Assembly: GCA_030704615.1 (NCBI GenBank)
Contig: CM060732.1
Location: 62,062,001-62,126,000 of the forward strand
Origin: Takakia lepidozioides
Taxonomy: Eukaryota > Plantae > Bryophyta
Length of the DNA stretch: 64,000 bases
Direction: 5' to 3'
Shown here: positions 37,010 through 49,784 of the stretch, one piece after another
How positions within the stretch are numbered: the first letter of the stretch is position 1
Layout of the letters: every line of letters starts with the position of its first letter
Notes under the pieces: model-generated
Database searches by the model: none
Told to the model about the DNA's origin: nothing
The model's input: only the letters and a program-made list of their open reading frames with translations
Made by a program: the position numbers and the translations under genes

Positions 37010-40000
37010 GCCAGGAAGAGGCGAGCTTCCATCGAAGGCGCTGCAGCTGTGGTGGGCAGTCCATCGGGGCGGGGGTTGTTCAAACAAGTCCCCAGGCGCA
37101 ACACGACCACCTCCACGACCTATTCCACAGTACCCTCCGTACACACATTACCCACATGCCTACCCCACCCCCGATCAGTATGGCGTTGCGGACCCTTACA
37201 ACCCGCACATCCAATACAAGCCCCCTCCAGGTGGTTACCCACAGCAGCCATATGCCCATTCTCCTCCACCTATTCCCCCTTACCTCCCAAACCCACATGC
37301 TTACCCGGCATCTACACGTCCACCATACGAACCTTTTGGGCCATACGGTGGGCGATACCGTCCCGCCCCCCATTCCCCATGGCAACCCCCAGCTGCCCCA
37401 CCACCTGAGGAGGCAAAGGAAGACATCCCTATGACCAAGAAGGAGCGAGCTAATGCTTTGAGGCGGGTGAACAGGCGAGCCAGGGCACAGGCAATCCGAA
37501 ACCATGATGCGCGAGAGGAAGATGGACTCCCTCCTCAAGTGCTTCCGGTTGACAAAGTTGGAGAGCCCATTGGACCAGCACGCAATACCTGGCATGCAGC
37601 CCTCAAAGGCCAGATGTGGCGTTTGTGTGACATGTCAATGCATATTGCAGCGCAGGATGAATCTGTCATTGAAGAAATATACAGGATTCTAAACTCTACA
37701 TTTGCGTACACGCCACGTGGTCTTGACTATGAGCACATGAGGAAGACACTTGGCATTGCCTTGAAAACCCAAAGACACGAGATCCATGCACTGTACAAGG
37801 CAGGCGAGGGGAGGCCTGTGCATCTGAAGGAAGCTCATTGGGACAGGCTGGTATCGTATTGGCAGATAGCAGGATTCAGCGCAAAAAGTGCCATCATGAA
37901 GGTTGCAAATTCATCAATCAAGAAGCCTTCAAAAACAGGACGTGGTGGGAAGGCATCTGTTGAGGCTCGGCTTGTAAGTTCACACACCAGTCTTTTTGCC
38001 CTCTTTGCCTTGGCTGATTGTTGTTTATAATGTCAAACAGGCTAAGTCCTGGCAGAAGAGAGTAGGAAAGATTCTCAAGGACCTGGACCTAGATCCGCAA
38101 GTCTTGACCCTGCTGGATAAATCTGACTTAGAGGCTGTAGTGTGAAGCCATGTCTGTTGCCATGAGATTGTCTGATGAAAATGAAGTTAGGCAGAGAACT
38201 TCCCTGAACTTGTTTCCAGTCAATGACATGGGGGTGGACATCTTGGATGACCTCAAGGGTCTTACCACTCTCGGCACTAGACTGAAATTTAAACTCAGGG
38301 CAGGAAGCCTACCTTTGAACAGCAAACAGAAGCAGAGAGGAAAGGGAGAGTGCAATTGTCCATTGTGTGGGCAATCTGAAGACAATATTCATTTTCTGAT
38401 ACACTGTCCGGGGTTCTCTCACCAAAGAGATGCTCTCTTCAATTCAATCAAGGGAATTGTGCCTGTACCCCTATTTACCAACTTTGAAAGTCTCGAGGCT
38501 GAGCCAAAAGCCGCGGCCCTCCTGAGGCCTAGTTTTTGGGCAAATCACACCCAGCAGATTGATGCTTGTGTGAAGGGTTTTCTAGAGGATATCTGGAAAA
38601 CCCGGGTTAATTCTTTATATGAAGGTAAGTCTTACTACCAACGTCAGCCCCTGACAGAGGTAGGTTCTGTTCCTTTTGTTCCCGCTCAAACTGGGCGCGG
38701 GGTCAATGGCCACAAGGCTACGGCAAACAACGTCTTATGAGTACAATCTATAATGGGGTGTCCATTTCCCCCATTTTACACCATGTTAGGAGGGAAGTAC
38801 GAAGTGCCACCAGGCTTTGTCATTGAATTCTCCAATCACGCTTCATTTCCCGAGTGCTACTAGCCTTTTCTATTGCAGGGAGACCCTACCCAGCGCATCT
38901 TTAAGGGTGGAGGTGTGTCCAAGAGTCACATCAATAGCGAATCAAATGGACTGTTTTTTGTGGAAGGAGTTTTTTGTGAGTGCTACGTAGTAGTCATCTG
39001 TAAAATTGGGCGAGGTTGCAATCGTCAAGTACAATGGTAATGTTTCTTACTTGAACCTGGCAAGTGGTCAGTAATACAGTTTGCCAGACTTCTTGAAGGA
39101 GATATAGACCCAGTTTTGCAATTTTGTTATGCCTTGGTTACATTTCTGTATTTCTTCCAATTGGGTCTCGCCATGGTCAGAATAGTGGTGCAACTTCATG
39201 CAAGTTGTCCCTCATGTTCATCAAGAAAGGCAAGTAGAATCGTATGAAAGTTATATTCGGGGAGTGCGAGGTCTATGTGACGACGTGATTTTCACCAGTT
39301 GCTGCTTAGACATATTGTGTTGATGTCGTTGCCTGAGAGCTGCTCTCATTCTCTGATTTCAGATTATGTATACTGGCAGAGTTGTGAAGCTGCATGAAAT
39401 TGTTGCTTTCTGAGTTCTGGAGGCGCAATAATTTGTATTAAGCCATTCCCCAAATGAATGAAACTCATTTTTAAGAGCTAATTTGCACTTGATTGTTTCA
39501 ACCATGACTTGATGGTGAGGAAACTAGCCTGCACTCATGCTTGGGGAATTTCCAATCGGGTCTGACATCCAAAGTGGGCTTTAATTTGGACTGTTTGTAT
39601 GTAATTAGCTAGGTGAGGTTGGGTTTTTTGGAATGATGGAATTGTGACCTGTTAGTGTGTAGTGGGTGGGGTCCTCATTTTACATACCAATCTGTAAGTG
39701 TGGATAGAGGAGGGTCTGATCAGAGTTGTCGTGCAATGATGATGTCAGGGCAGTATTTGAAACTGCAATAGTGAGTGTGAGTGTGAGTGTTAACATGACT
39801 TTTTGTGGTCATTAACATAGGGTAGTGCTGTGCTAGTGATTACTCTTATGCATTAGCTGCATTTGTCACTCAGCTCTCTGTATTAATGCAGACATAGTGA
39901 CTACGTTAGTGGGTGCGGGGATACCAATATTGGTTGCATCCCAACAGTATGTCTGACAAACCTCTGTTCAATCACTGTTGTCCCAGAATGGTATGTCGCT

Positions 40001-42210
40001 CGTCATGGCTGACCATGCTAGCATACTGAGCTGGTACATGACAAATGCAGGCACAGGAGCGAGGCCAAAGTCCATCGTTGCATGAAATCCAGGAAGGTTC
40101 AGTAAGCAGAACATTGACCAGCGAGTGGATGGTGAGATCCACATGATCATTCTTTCTCCCATTTTTTGTCGATTATTTTGTTCTAGGCATTTTCCCTACC
40201 AACGGCATGATGTTCTCATGTTGTTCATGGACTTGCGTGGACCTGGCAGGAGGGGACCTCTGGGTATTTAGCAATTGCTCGCAAAGTGGAGGATATGGAA
40301 AGAGCACAGGGTGCACAACACAAAGATATAATGGATTTGAAGGCTACAATATCGAAAGTGATGATGTACCAGAAGGCCATGGCTGAGAAATTTGGGAACA
40401 ACATTTCCTCACCTGCCTTAGTGGGCTCGTCCGTAGCAAACAGCTCGTGCATCACTGGCCCTTCAGCCTCGAGACGTCTGCAGGACAGGTTTGACTTGCC
40501 TGGCATGTCACCAGGTAACGTCACTCCAGTTGATGCATTCGAGGATGATGTGCAGGTGGAGCATGTTGGCCCAGGTGGAGGGGAGGACACCTCTACCAAG
40601 GAACTTACGCGTCCTCGTGCAGTTCTGTCACACTGTGCGGTAGTGGAGGCGCCTGCAGAACTCCGGCCTGCTGTTGTCGCGGTGAGGACATCTGAGACAA
40701 CCCTGGACATTGACCTTGTTTCCCCGCGGGGAGATATTACCCAGCAACCCACGGTTGTCACTTCCACTCCCAACCTTCAATTCATGAAGGGGAATGTCGT
40801 GCACACAACAGTGGAGAAGGCCAAGCATTTGCTCATCCTAGATATTAATGGCTTGCTGTGTGAGTGCGTCCATGTCGGGAGCGGTAATGCGTTTGTGGTT
40901 CCAAATGGCCTTGAGCACAAATTATGTGGTAGCAAGATGGTCGTTGTAAGGCCTGGTTGCAAAGCTTTTTTGGACAAGTGTTTTGAACACTTTGAAGTGG
41001 CAGCATGGTCTTGTATGCAACCACGTAACTTCCTACCCACAGTGGACTGGCTTTTCCATGGGCACGGTGACCTTGCATTCAAGTGGGATGGGGGATATTG
41101 TGAGCAGTCCACTGACATGGATGGGAGCCTGCCCATGAAACCACGGTTTTTGAAGAACCTATCTACAGTGTGGCGGGGCAACTGTGACTGGAATCCTGAA
41201 ACCACTCTTCTTGTTGACGACACACCGCACAAGGGGTGGAACAATCCAGCATACAGCGCAATTTTCCCACTGCCTTGGAGAAGTTGTTCTGTAGAGGCGC
41301 ACAATGATAATTTTCTTCTGACCAGCTTATGGCCCTTCTTGGAGGGGGCAGCTAAGGCTCCGAGCATTCAAGAATATCTCAAAGGGCATCCCACATTTGG
41401 GCAACAAACTATCAGCCCTCGAGCCGTTCAACCTCGCCAGGTAACATACTTTGTAGTGTGGTACACACTGCCAGACATTAGAGGCATTTTTGTGTGACTC
41501 CCTTGTGCCATTGCCAGCCTCATTTGTGCATAAGTTGTGGCAGTAATCAATGTTGTGATAGAGTTTGTCAAATTACTGTCGCAACGTGAACTGTAGGCAT
41601 TGCCAGTTTGGGTGCATCTTATTGTGTTAGTGTAATTTGAGTTCCCAGTGTAGATAATATACATTTTTGGTGCTTGTTGGTTGGTTGTAGGTGCTTGGCC
41701 ACGAACGAGGCCCCCCAAGTCAAAGGGCATCACACCTTCACCCTTTCAGGAAGCCGACACCACTGATCCCTGATTCGCAGAATGGGGTAAGTCTATGCAT
41801 CTGCTATTCTCCCCTTCCCTGACTTGGATAGACAAATTGTCATTGTAGACCTTGTAGACACAATACGTTCCACGATCCGTGTTCCATAATTCTCATGCAA
41901 TCTGCCATGTTTGGGGTGGGGATGGCAGTTCGTGGTGGGAGACCATGTCAAGCTCATAGACACTGTTTCGCGATCAACAGCCGGATCTGGCCGCATTTCT
42001 GGTCTCCAAGGGATGGAGGTGAGTGAAGGGTACCCTGTCGTGCCAGAAGGCTATGTGGCCATCCACATTGATGATGTCCGCATTCCCAATGCCCCTCTAC
42101 CATATCACAACAAATCCATGAAGCCTCATCACACTGAGTTGGGAGACACTATAGGTTACATTACTATGTGGGGTGACAAACTAGTGAAGACCTTGCAGAC
42201 AAAGAGATGA
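37010..42210 (+). CDS. TnpA-like CACTA accessory gene 1: Pro-rich region, Ptta/En/Spm-like domain, coiled coil, FCP1/NIF-type HAD phosphatase domain, Tnp1/En/Spm-like C-terminal domain (exons incl. 37010-37973, ~40250-41440, 41691-41786, 41929-42210; a further 5' exon near 35900-36231 is possible)
   Basis: RPVHLKEAHWDRLVSYWQ...KSAIMKVAN...KTGRGG; LLILDINGLL...VRPGCKAFLDKCFEHFEVAAWS...FLKNLSTVW...TLLVDDTPHKG. The last three exons join in phase 0 through GT-AG introns. Linkage of the 37010 exon to the 40250 exon is inferred from the paralogue's architecture. Confidence 0.72.
38033..38748 (+). mobile_element. 5'-truncated non-LTR retrotransposon (ORF2 C-terminal zinc finger) inserted in a TnpA intron
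   Basis: RLKFKLRAGSLPL...CPLCGQSEDNIHFLIHCP. Flanked by the direct repeat TATAATG (38026-38032 and 38749-38755). The 3' end matches the repeats at 55318-55933 and 63772-64000. Confidence 0.85.
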
Positions 42211-42705
42211 GGCAGGTCGGCTAGCATTTTGGATTTCATGGGGATTTCCACCTCTGCCTCATCCGGATTTGGCAACTACGGTAACTTACAGTAGTGACAG
42301 ATTCTCTGAATTGACTGTCCAATTTTGATAGCAATCACATGTTGGATTTCCTCATGCATGTTGTTGCAAACTTATGCCTCATTAATGAGCAATGTGGTGG
42401 TAGGTGGTATGTCCCCATTGCACACACTATGGTTGGTTATGTTGCTGCTGGGAGAATGTGGTTGATAATGGTGATGCTGGATGGTGATGTTGCTGCTATT
42501 TGTGCTCTTTCAGAATTACGTCTGTGCCATTCTGTGCCTAAAGTCTTGTTGTATACATGATTGTGATGTTGTATGGCATATGTGTTAGATGACTGTCCGG
42601 GACTTAGGCACTTTTACGGGATCTGTGGGGTACCCTTAATTTTTGCACAGACTGAGACCAATAGGAGCCTTAGGGGTGACAGCAGCGCACTTTAGGAGGG
42701 GGTTA

Positions 42706-42920
42706 CACAGCCCGTCACAGTCCGACACAGCCCGTCACAGCCAACACAGCTCGTCACAGTGCGACACAGCCGACACAGCCAGACACAGCCAGACACAGCC
42801 GACAAAGCCAGTCATAGTCAACACATCCCGTCACAGCCACACAGCCAGTCACAGCCCGACACAGCCGGTCACAACCCGTCATAGTTTCACACAGCCAGTC
42901 ACAGCTTGACACAGCTGTCA
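42706..42920. repeat. Degenerate short tandem array of (GT/GA)CACAGCC-type units
   Basis: About 20 units of 9-11 bp: cacagcccgt cacagtccga cacagcccgt cacagccaa cacagctcgt... Confidence 0.9.
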
Positions 42921-45401
42921 CGACCATAGGGAACGGATAGCAGGACAGGGAACGACTATGGGGAACAACATCTGCGAATGGAACATGTTAGTTCACGGAT
43001 GATGGTTAGTGAGGGAAACGGTTAGAACAATGGGTAGGAAGATAAAGCCAGGAGCAAAGACTGGAAAAAGGATCAATTCTGGGGGAGCACTTCTGGGGGG
43101 GACTTCGGACATGCTCCGAGGGCACCAAAACGGCCAGCTCCTCTTCCACGAGAGGTAAGTGGGCATTTGCTTTTTGATTTTTTTAGGTTTTTGGCAGGGT
43201 TCATGTGCTTGATATGAGAATGCCCCGAGCACGGTTGGGATAAGGGTCACATCTTCCAAGTAAAGAAGTTGCAATGGCAAGCAATGGGCTTTTGCAATGT
43301 GCTCCCCTCTGTTTTCAAATGGGTGCACATGAGTGGGGGGAATGAAAGGACTTCACCTATTGCACGGGACATTGATCTGTCTACTACTTGGAACCCAATT
43401 TGTCAGTGACGTATTCTATTTTAAAGTCCAACAATGCTTGTATGCTTGGGAGCTTTGATCCTTTGGCCGTCGCCTTTGTAGTAGTTGTTTTTGGTGTGCT
43501 CATGCATGTGGTTTGGCTCCTATTTTCATTTTTTGTACACTTTGGTCTCATCAGAAATGCTTGGCAGCTTATGTGCATTTAGAGTGGATCCTTGGGGAAT
43601 CCCGTCATTCCCCGATATTTTGGGGCTGCTCATGCCTCTGGATTTGCGTCTTCTTATTTGTTTTTCCTTTTGGTCCCAACAGTTCTTTCCATTTTCCACT
43701 AGCAGTATGAAGCACCACTTTCTTGCCCTCTATACCTCATGATACAAGGGAGATTCTACTGTCTATTCCTTGGAACCCAAATCTGTTATTACTTTTTTCC
43801 ATTTTGTGCCATGAGAAATGCTTGGGAGCTTATGTCCAAGAGGGTTACCTTTGGGCTGCTCATGCGTGTGTGTTTGGATGCAAGACAGTAGTTGCTTATG
43901 GGCTGTTTATGGCTGTGGTTTTGTCTCTTCTTGCTTGTGGGTTTCCTTTGGTCTCATAAGGTTTTGAGCTCTTCACAATGATTTTGAAGGACCGTTTCAT
44001 TTCATATCATGTTTTGTTTGCTGCTTTACTCTCCTCTTCAGAGTTTCCCCATTGGCTACCATCCACATTAATTTTACTATTCTCTATACTACGAGGTCAT
44101 TCATGCTTGGCAGCTTTTGTGAAGGCAGGATTTCAATTTTATGCACATCTTCCTTCATCGCCGAGCCTATGGGCTGCTTATGGCTACTGGCTTTGTCTCC
44201 TTTTGCTTGTGGCTTTCTTTTTCGTCTCACAAGCTCTTTGTGCTTTTCACAGTGGCTGAAGTGCCAATTTCGTTATGGTTTTTTTTTTTTGGTCCATAAG
44301 TTCTTTGAGCTTTTCACAGACATTAGAAGGCCCACTCAGTCTCAATTAATGTAAAGTTTCCCGCTTTCAGCCCAATCTGTTCTCAAAGATCCCCAGGAAA
44401 CAGAAATATTGTTTTTTTCCTTTTGGTCTCATTTAGTAATTGAGATGGTAATGGCCCTGATTTTAATGTATCTACTTCATAGTTTAGGGTTTGGTCTCGT
44501 AAGGTCTTTATGCATTTCAAAGTCATTATAAGGCACCAATCCATTTACCTCATTTTGGGCTGCTTATGGTTATGGTTTTGGCTCTTGTTTTTTTTTTTTT
44601 TTCCCCTTGGTCCCAAAAGCCATTGGGGGCCAGTCCTGTACATTGCGAGGTACCAGTTGGGCCTAATTAGCGTCTGTCCTAAACCCTTATAAGTTCTTCC
44701 TTCCTTACTTTTTTCATTGCCTGTGAGTGCACTGTGTTGTTGTCATCCTGTCCTCGACGCGTTTGGCCCTCCGCCTAATGAAGTATACGTATTTGCCCGC
44801 AATGCATGCAATCCAACTCTGCAGATTGCTGACTCCCTCACAGGAGGTTCAAACTTGTGATGGCCTGTCTTAATACCCAAAAATTGCAAAGGGGGTTGTG
44901 GGAGGGAGGGACCTGGACAGGTAGGGGGCTGCATATTGTGGTGTCATGTCTAGACAAGAAAGAAATTGTAGTGGGAGAGGAGGAACCCCCAGGAGCACGA
45001 TGCTAACCGCCTCATCAGCCAGCCATGTCCGAGAGGGGGCGCTCACGACTCTTCCTCCCCCATCTTCCTGCCCCCTCTATTGTCATATGTTTGATAATAT
45101 GTGAAGCCATTATCAGCCATTATCATATTGTACTCTCATTGATATGTACGATGGTCATCGGGGCCAGATTGTGCCTATAAGGGATTCCCCAAAGAACCCC
45201 CAAAGAGGGTCGAAACATACAAGGAGGACTTCCCCAGTGACGTTTGGCGTGTTCAATGGATCAGACCTAAATGCATTTTGGGTGCGATTTCTGCTGCATT
45301 CAGTGTATGTATATTATAGAGCGCGTTTTTTATTGATGTATCCTACATGATGTTCATGCTTTATCTTCCTACATAACTCTTTCCCACATGTTGATTTGCA
45401 G

Positions 45402-47770
45402 GATGCAGTGAGAAAGAAGAAGGGAGTTGCTCCGGCAGCTGTCTTCAACCATCCCTCCCCACGTCTTCAACCAACCCCGGATGGAAGAGGCCCTCCCTCC
45501 TTTCCACCTAACACTGGTGCGTTTTATCCCCCTGGCATTTAGAGGTATGCACAGTATCAACAACAGACTGCTCATGTTCCAACCGCCCCTGAAATTCACC
45601 CGCCCTTTTCTCAGTCCTACAATGCAAACAGCCCGTCAGGGGAGAACCGGTCATGTGCAGGTCCAAATAGTCCTGCAGTTTCGTGTGGGGCATTTCTACA
45701 AACTGGGGAAGCACAACATGCTCCTGTTCAGCATGGGCACTATCACAAAGGTGTGTGGTACCCTCACCCCAACCCTCCCCACCTGCGTATCCTCCCCAGG
45801 CAACGTATCCCAGAAGCCCCATGCATAGTGCGCCGCTGCATGGCCCTTATTCCAGGCAGCCCACAGCTTCACCCAATTGCACCGCTTCGCGGCCTCTTCA
45901 ATTCCCAAGCTCACCAGCTCCAAGCACAGGTTATGTTCTTGTCCACCCCACACCCCACGTTGGTGCATGGCAGGGTTCATGTCCGCCCGCAGGGCCCCAT
46001 GTTGCAGGTTGTGAGGGAGGAGAGGAGGCCCGTGATTCCAATATGACTCCAGATGCACAACATTTGACTGGCAAGGACAGAGCCAATTTTTTGCGCAAGG
46101 CGAGGAGAGTAGCACGGAAAGGGTTGAAGGAAACGGCTTGTGCAAATGTGGCTGCTGGGCAAAAGAGATTCATAGTTGCCTGTGGCAAAAAGGGCCCATG
46201 CGGGGATGCACGGAATGACTGGCTGGCAGCCCTACGAGGGCAATGCCAACGTGTGCTGGACTGTTCTGTGCCCATCCATCTTCAACCTCAAAGTCTGATT
46301 GATGAGGTGGGTGAACTATTAGCAGATGATTGGGAATATTTACCTCCTGGGATAACTGGCGCCCAACTTCGAACTGAGATTGGAGGCGTCATTAAATACC
46401 AGCACATCAAACTGTTTAGAAAAGTGTACTCCCGTGGCAAACCTAAGCCCCACTATGTTGCGGACAAGACTTGGGCAGAATTAGTGAGGCATTGGAACAC
46501 GCCCGAATGGCAAAAGAGTCGTGATAATGGCAAGCATGCACGGGGGCATGTTGGTGCCCCTTCGAGATCTGGACACAGTGGCCTTAGCGGCGTTGAGGAA
46601 CGTCTGGTAAATCTGCCTGTCTCATGACATTGCCAATATATTCAGGTAGTGAGGTGTCTTGTCATTTGTATCTTACTCTTAGAGGATGGCACTAATATTC
46701 CCATATCCTGTCCATGTGTAGGCTAAGACAAGTGGTCGTCCTCCACTTCTATCCGAAATTTCGGGGAGCAAGAATAGCAACAAGGGGTATGGTTCTGATT
46801 CAGCAGGGGCCACCCGTTCTGTAAGTAACTAACCCACCTGCATTTGTTGCAATGATGTGCTTGTCAATTATTTATGGTTTTGCCTTCTTGTACATATGCC
46901 AATAAATTACCTCGCATGGCTAGTGCGATCGATGTATTGAATCGTATTTGCACTCTATTTGTGGCAGGGCCTTGGAGCATTGGCTTCTCGGCTTGATGGC
47001 TTGGAAGGATGGAAACATACAATGGAGGCCAGCTCAATGGAGCACAAATTGGAATTGCAGGTAGTGAAATCCATGTTTGCCGCTGCAGTATCTAAGACAG
47101 AGAAGTTCAACATGACATTGGCAGCGAAGCTCGGTTTGGACCTGCCGAGGGATGAATCTCCATCAGCATCAAACATTGTGTGTGAGTTGTCGCCCCCTGT
47201 TCATGGTGTTGTCCCACTTGCGGCTACTGTGGAAATGACAAGTACAGGTGAGCAGCCTCCTAGCAGTGGAGGCAGTGGACAAAGGAAAGGGGGCAGTATT
47301 GTGGAAGAAGATGCCACAGGGGAGGACAAAGTTCAGAACATGGCATGTGACGATCCTTGCCTTAATTATGGTGCCAATGATGACCTATCCCCCCTTATTG
47401 AGAAGGGAGTGCCTGTAGTGGAGGATCACACCGGCAGTGAACTTAGACAGAGTGCCCAAGACATAGGGGCAGGGGGCTAAGGGCACAAGAGTGGTTATTA
47501 TTGGGGCAGAGAAGAATATTGATTCAACAACAAAATTGGCCATTGTTCAGAAGGTAAGTACTCGTGTTCCTATATTCTTGTGCTGTTCCAAGTCGATTAT
47601 GCAATACCTGCAGGCCGTTCATGAATTCTGTGTACATGTGTGGGTTTCTATTGATTCAGAAGCCACCAAAGGAAATTGTTGCGGTGAAGATGACCAAGAA
47701 GTCCGCAAGACTTGCTGCCAGCAACGTTGATGGGAGCCGTATGGGAAGCTTCAAAGCGCCGGCTCCTGTT
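45402..47770 (+). pseudogene. TnpA-like CACTA accessory gene 2 (paralogue of gene 1), truncated by the element end
   Basis: KDRANFLRKARR...WLAALRGQ...KPHYVADKTWAELVRHWNTPEWQKS...SGLSGVEERL followed by GT aligns with gene 1, including the intron position. A coiled-coil exon follows at ~46968. In-frame stop at ~47480. Confidence 0.72.
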
Positions 47771-47841
47771 GTAAGTTTCCCTTCGTGGAAGTACATGGTT
47801 GCTCCGATCAAGGGCAGGCCTCTGGTCAATTTTCTCTAGCG

Positions 47842-49100
47842 AGAGTGGGTGACATAGAGAGGACTCCTTGTGCTTGAATGGAATTCCTGGGTGGGGATCT
47901 GTGGTAGGAGCTGAATTTTGAATAATTGCGGTGCTTCCGTGCCCAGCGTGTGGGTTGTTCATACTCCTCCTTTTCAGCTTGGGGCAACTTGCCTTGAGGT
48001 GCCCAAATTTTCCACAATAATAACATGCCAAAGCTGCCGTGTCCTCGGACACTTTCACAGAGAAATAATTGCCTTGATTATCAATTGGTAGCCTGATGAA
48101 TTCTGGAAGTTAGCACCACTATCTTATGAAATCTGTTTTCATTCGCCTTTGATGAAATGGTTGCCCCTCTCCATGCTGAGTGTTGTCGTAGGGAGGCAGT
48201 GTATGTATCATTGTCAAAGACCGCCAGACATCCCAAAAAAGCACCAAAATAATTACCTATAGCCGGTAGGCTCAAGAGGTATTGGTCAGGAATGTAAGGC
48301 AACGATATGATCCTTGGGCTCCAAATCTTGCCATTCCTGTTACCCATGCATCTAGACCATGGGAAAATATTGACGTTAAGCCCATGCAGATGAGGATTGA
48401 ACGCTCGGGCTTTGTCCGCTGCCTCTTTGGAATAAAAAAGAATGGAGAAGAATCCACGGCCCCTTGCATGACAAAAGTGATGAAGCAAGTCACCTGATGC
48501 TCCCAGATGATGATTAGCCCAGTCTCTCACTTGGTTTCTGGTCACCTTTTTGCCTGGGAAATGAAGAAGGATACCGTTGTTCTCATATTGAGCTGCATCT
48601 GAGTCAATCTGGTCGAGCTCCACTGGGACGAGTGGGTGGTCCTTGGCGATTGCAGAGTGCACGGCAGTTGAGTCTGAAGGGGAATCTTCCGAGAGATCCG
48701 TGGGCGGGCTGCCTGGAATGGGCGGGCTCGAGGAATCTGAGTGGGGCCTGGAAGACCTCCCTGCATCAACATTGTGAATGGGGGGCCTGTAGCGAACTGA
48801 GGTGGGGGACGGTTTGCCTGAGGAGAACTATGCGCCATGAGGCCCATGGAATGGGTTTGATGCGCAATGAAGAAGCCTGTCCCCGTTGACGGATGGAGTC
48901 TGCAAGGATCCACGAATCTTGGGCCTTGACCTGGGCAATGGGTTGCCGAGTTGAAGGTCTTGTGAGGGAAGGGCGCCATGGAGAGGAAGCGAGCTGAAGC
49001 AACAGGAGAGGGAGTTGGAGGAGAAGGATGAGAGGGGCAATTGAGAGGATAACAACAATCAGCCAGATGCGAGCAAAAGGGTTGCACGCGAACTTGCAGG
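47842..49100 (-). pseudogene. LINE ORF1, N-terminal part (RRM/DUF4283-like region plus CCHC knuckle); continues in frame at 29363-28336 once the insertion is removed
   Basis: ARGRGFFSILFYSKEAADKA...LNVNIFPW; IPDQY...IGNYFGAFLG; CYYCGKFGHLKASC. The reconstructed junction reads CHPLS-FLSKSPMDSS in frame. Confidence 0.75.
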
Positions 49101-49784
49101 CATCTGAGGTAGGCCAAACGAGGAAAGGCGAGAAGAAGGACTGGAGGAAAGGGGGCAAGCTGAAAAACGAGGCCTAAGTTGATCAGCTGCTACAGCGAAG
49201 CGCGGGTAGGGGCTTAGGGGTGAGTTAGTGAAGACGGCTCCTAGGAAACTGAAACCAGAGGCTAGCATTGATCATTTCTATGATGAAAAAGGTAGGGATC
49301 GGATTGGCCAGGATGTTATGGCATGGGATTAGGGGGGGGGAACTTATGCACTTGGCGGCTGCGCTTTAGGGAGAATTAATAGAGGTGAGCTGAGAAGCAT
49401 ACGGCTAAGCATGCGACTCTGATGAAGATAGATAGGCTCGTCATGACAGCCGCTTAGATCCGGTGATTGGGATGGGGCCTGTCGATGGCACCAAGTTATT
49501 ATGTTTGGGATGATTCGTGTGGTACAACATTAGCTTGTATGGGACTTAGAGGCGATAGTGGGGAGGAAGGGGAGTCCGAGTGCTAGGGTTGAAGAGGGGT
49601 GGAGGCTGTCGGCGAAGCTTGCACACACCGCGCATTGCGGAGCTCTTCTTCTTCCTCCATCTCGCCTCCCCTCGTTTTTCTGCACTACTACTATCAGTGT
49701 GTTTTTTTCTTATTATGCTGAGATTTTATGCAAATACCTCCCAAATATCCATATTACGTAGAACCACAAAAAACCATACTACGG

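Larger units (their letters stand above)
29364..47841. mobile_element. CACTA (En/Spm) composite element, ~18.5 kb, with a divergent TnpD gene and two TnpA-like genes
   Basis: Left terminus CACTACAACAGATTG at 29364. Right terminus reverse-complement is CGCTAGAGAAAATTG (10/15 match) ending at 47841. The 3-bp flanks are AGT and AGA. Removing the block restores the LINE ORF1 frame. Confidence 0.75.
23963..49680 (-). mobile_element. Full-length L1-like LINE (~7.2 kb net) interrupted by an 18.5-kb CACTA block
   Basis: Poly(A) tail seen as a T-run at ~23962-23982. TSD TGCACTACT at 23954-23962 and 49681-49689. ORF2 (endonuclease, RT, zinc fingers) at ~24520-28300. ORF1 is split between ~47842-49100 and 28336-29363. 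Confidence 0.88.

Noticed and set aside
42706-42920. CRISPR-like array
   Set aside because: The units are 9-11 bp with no unique spacers, the context is eukaryotic and there are no cas genes. It is a minisatellite.
44961-44976. TTGTAGTG as the right TIR of the CACTA starting at 29364
   Set aside because: The match is short, the following 3 bp (GGA) do not match the left flank (AGT), and LINE sequence does not resume there.
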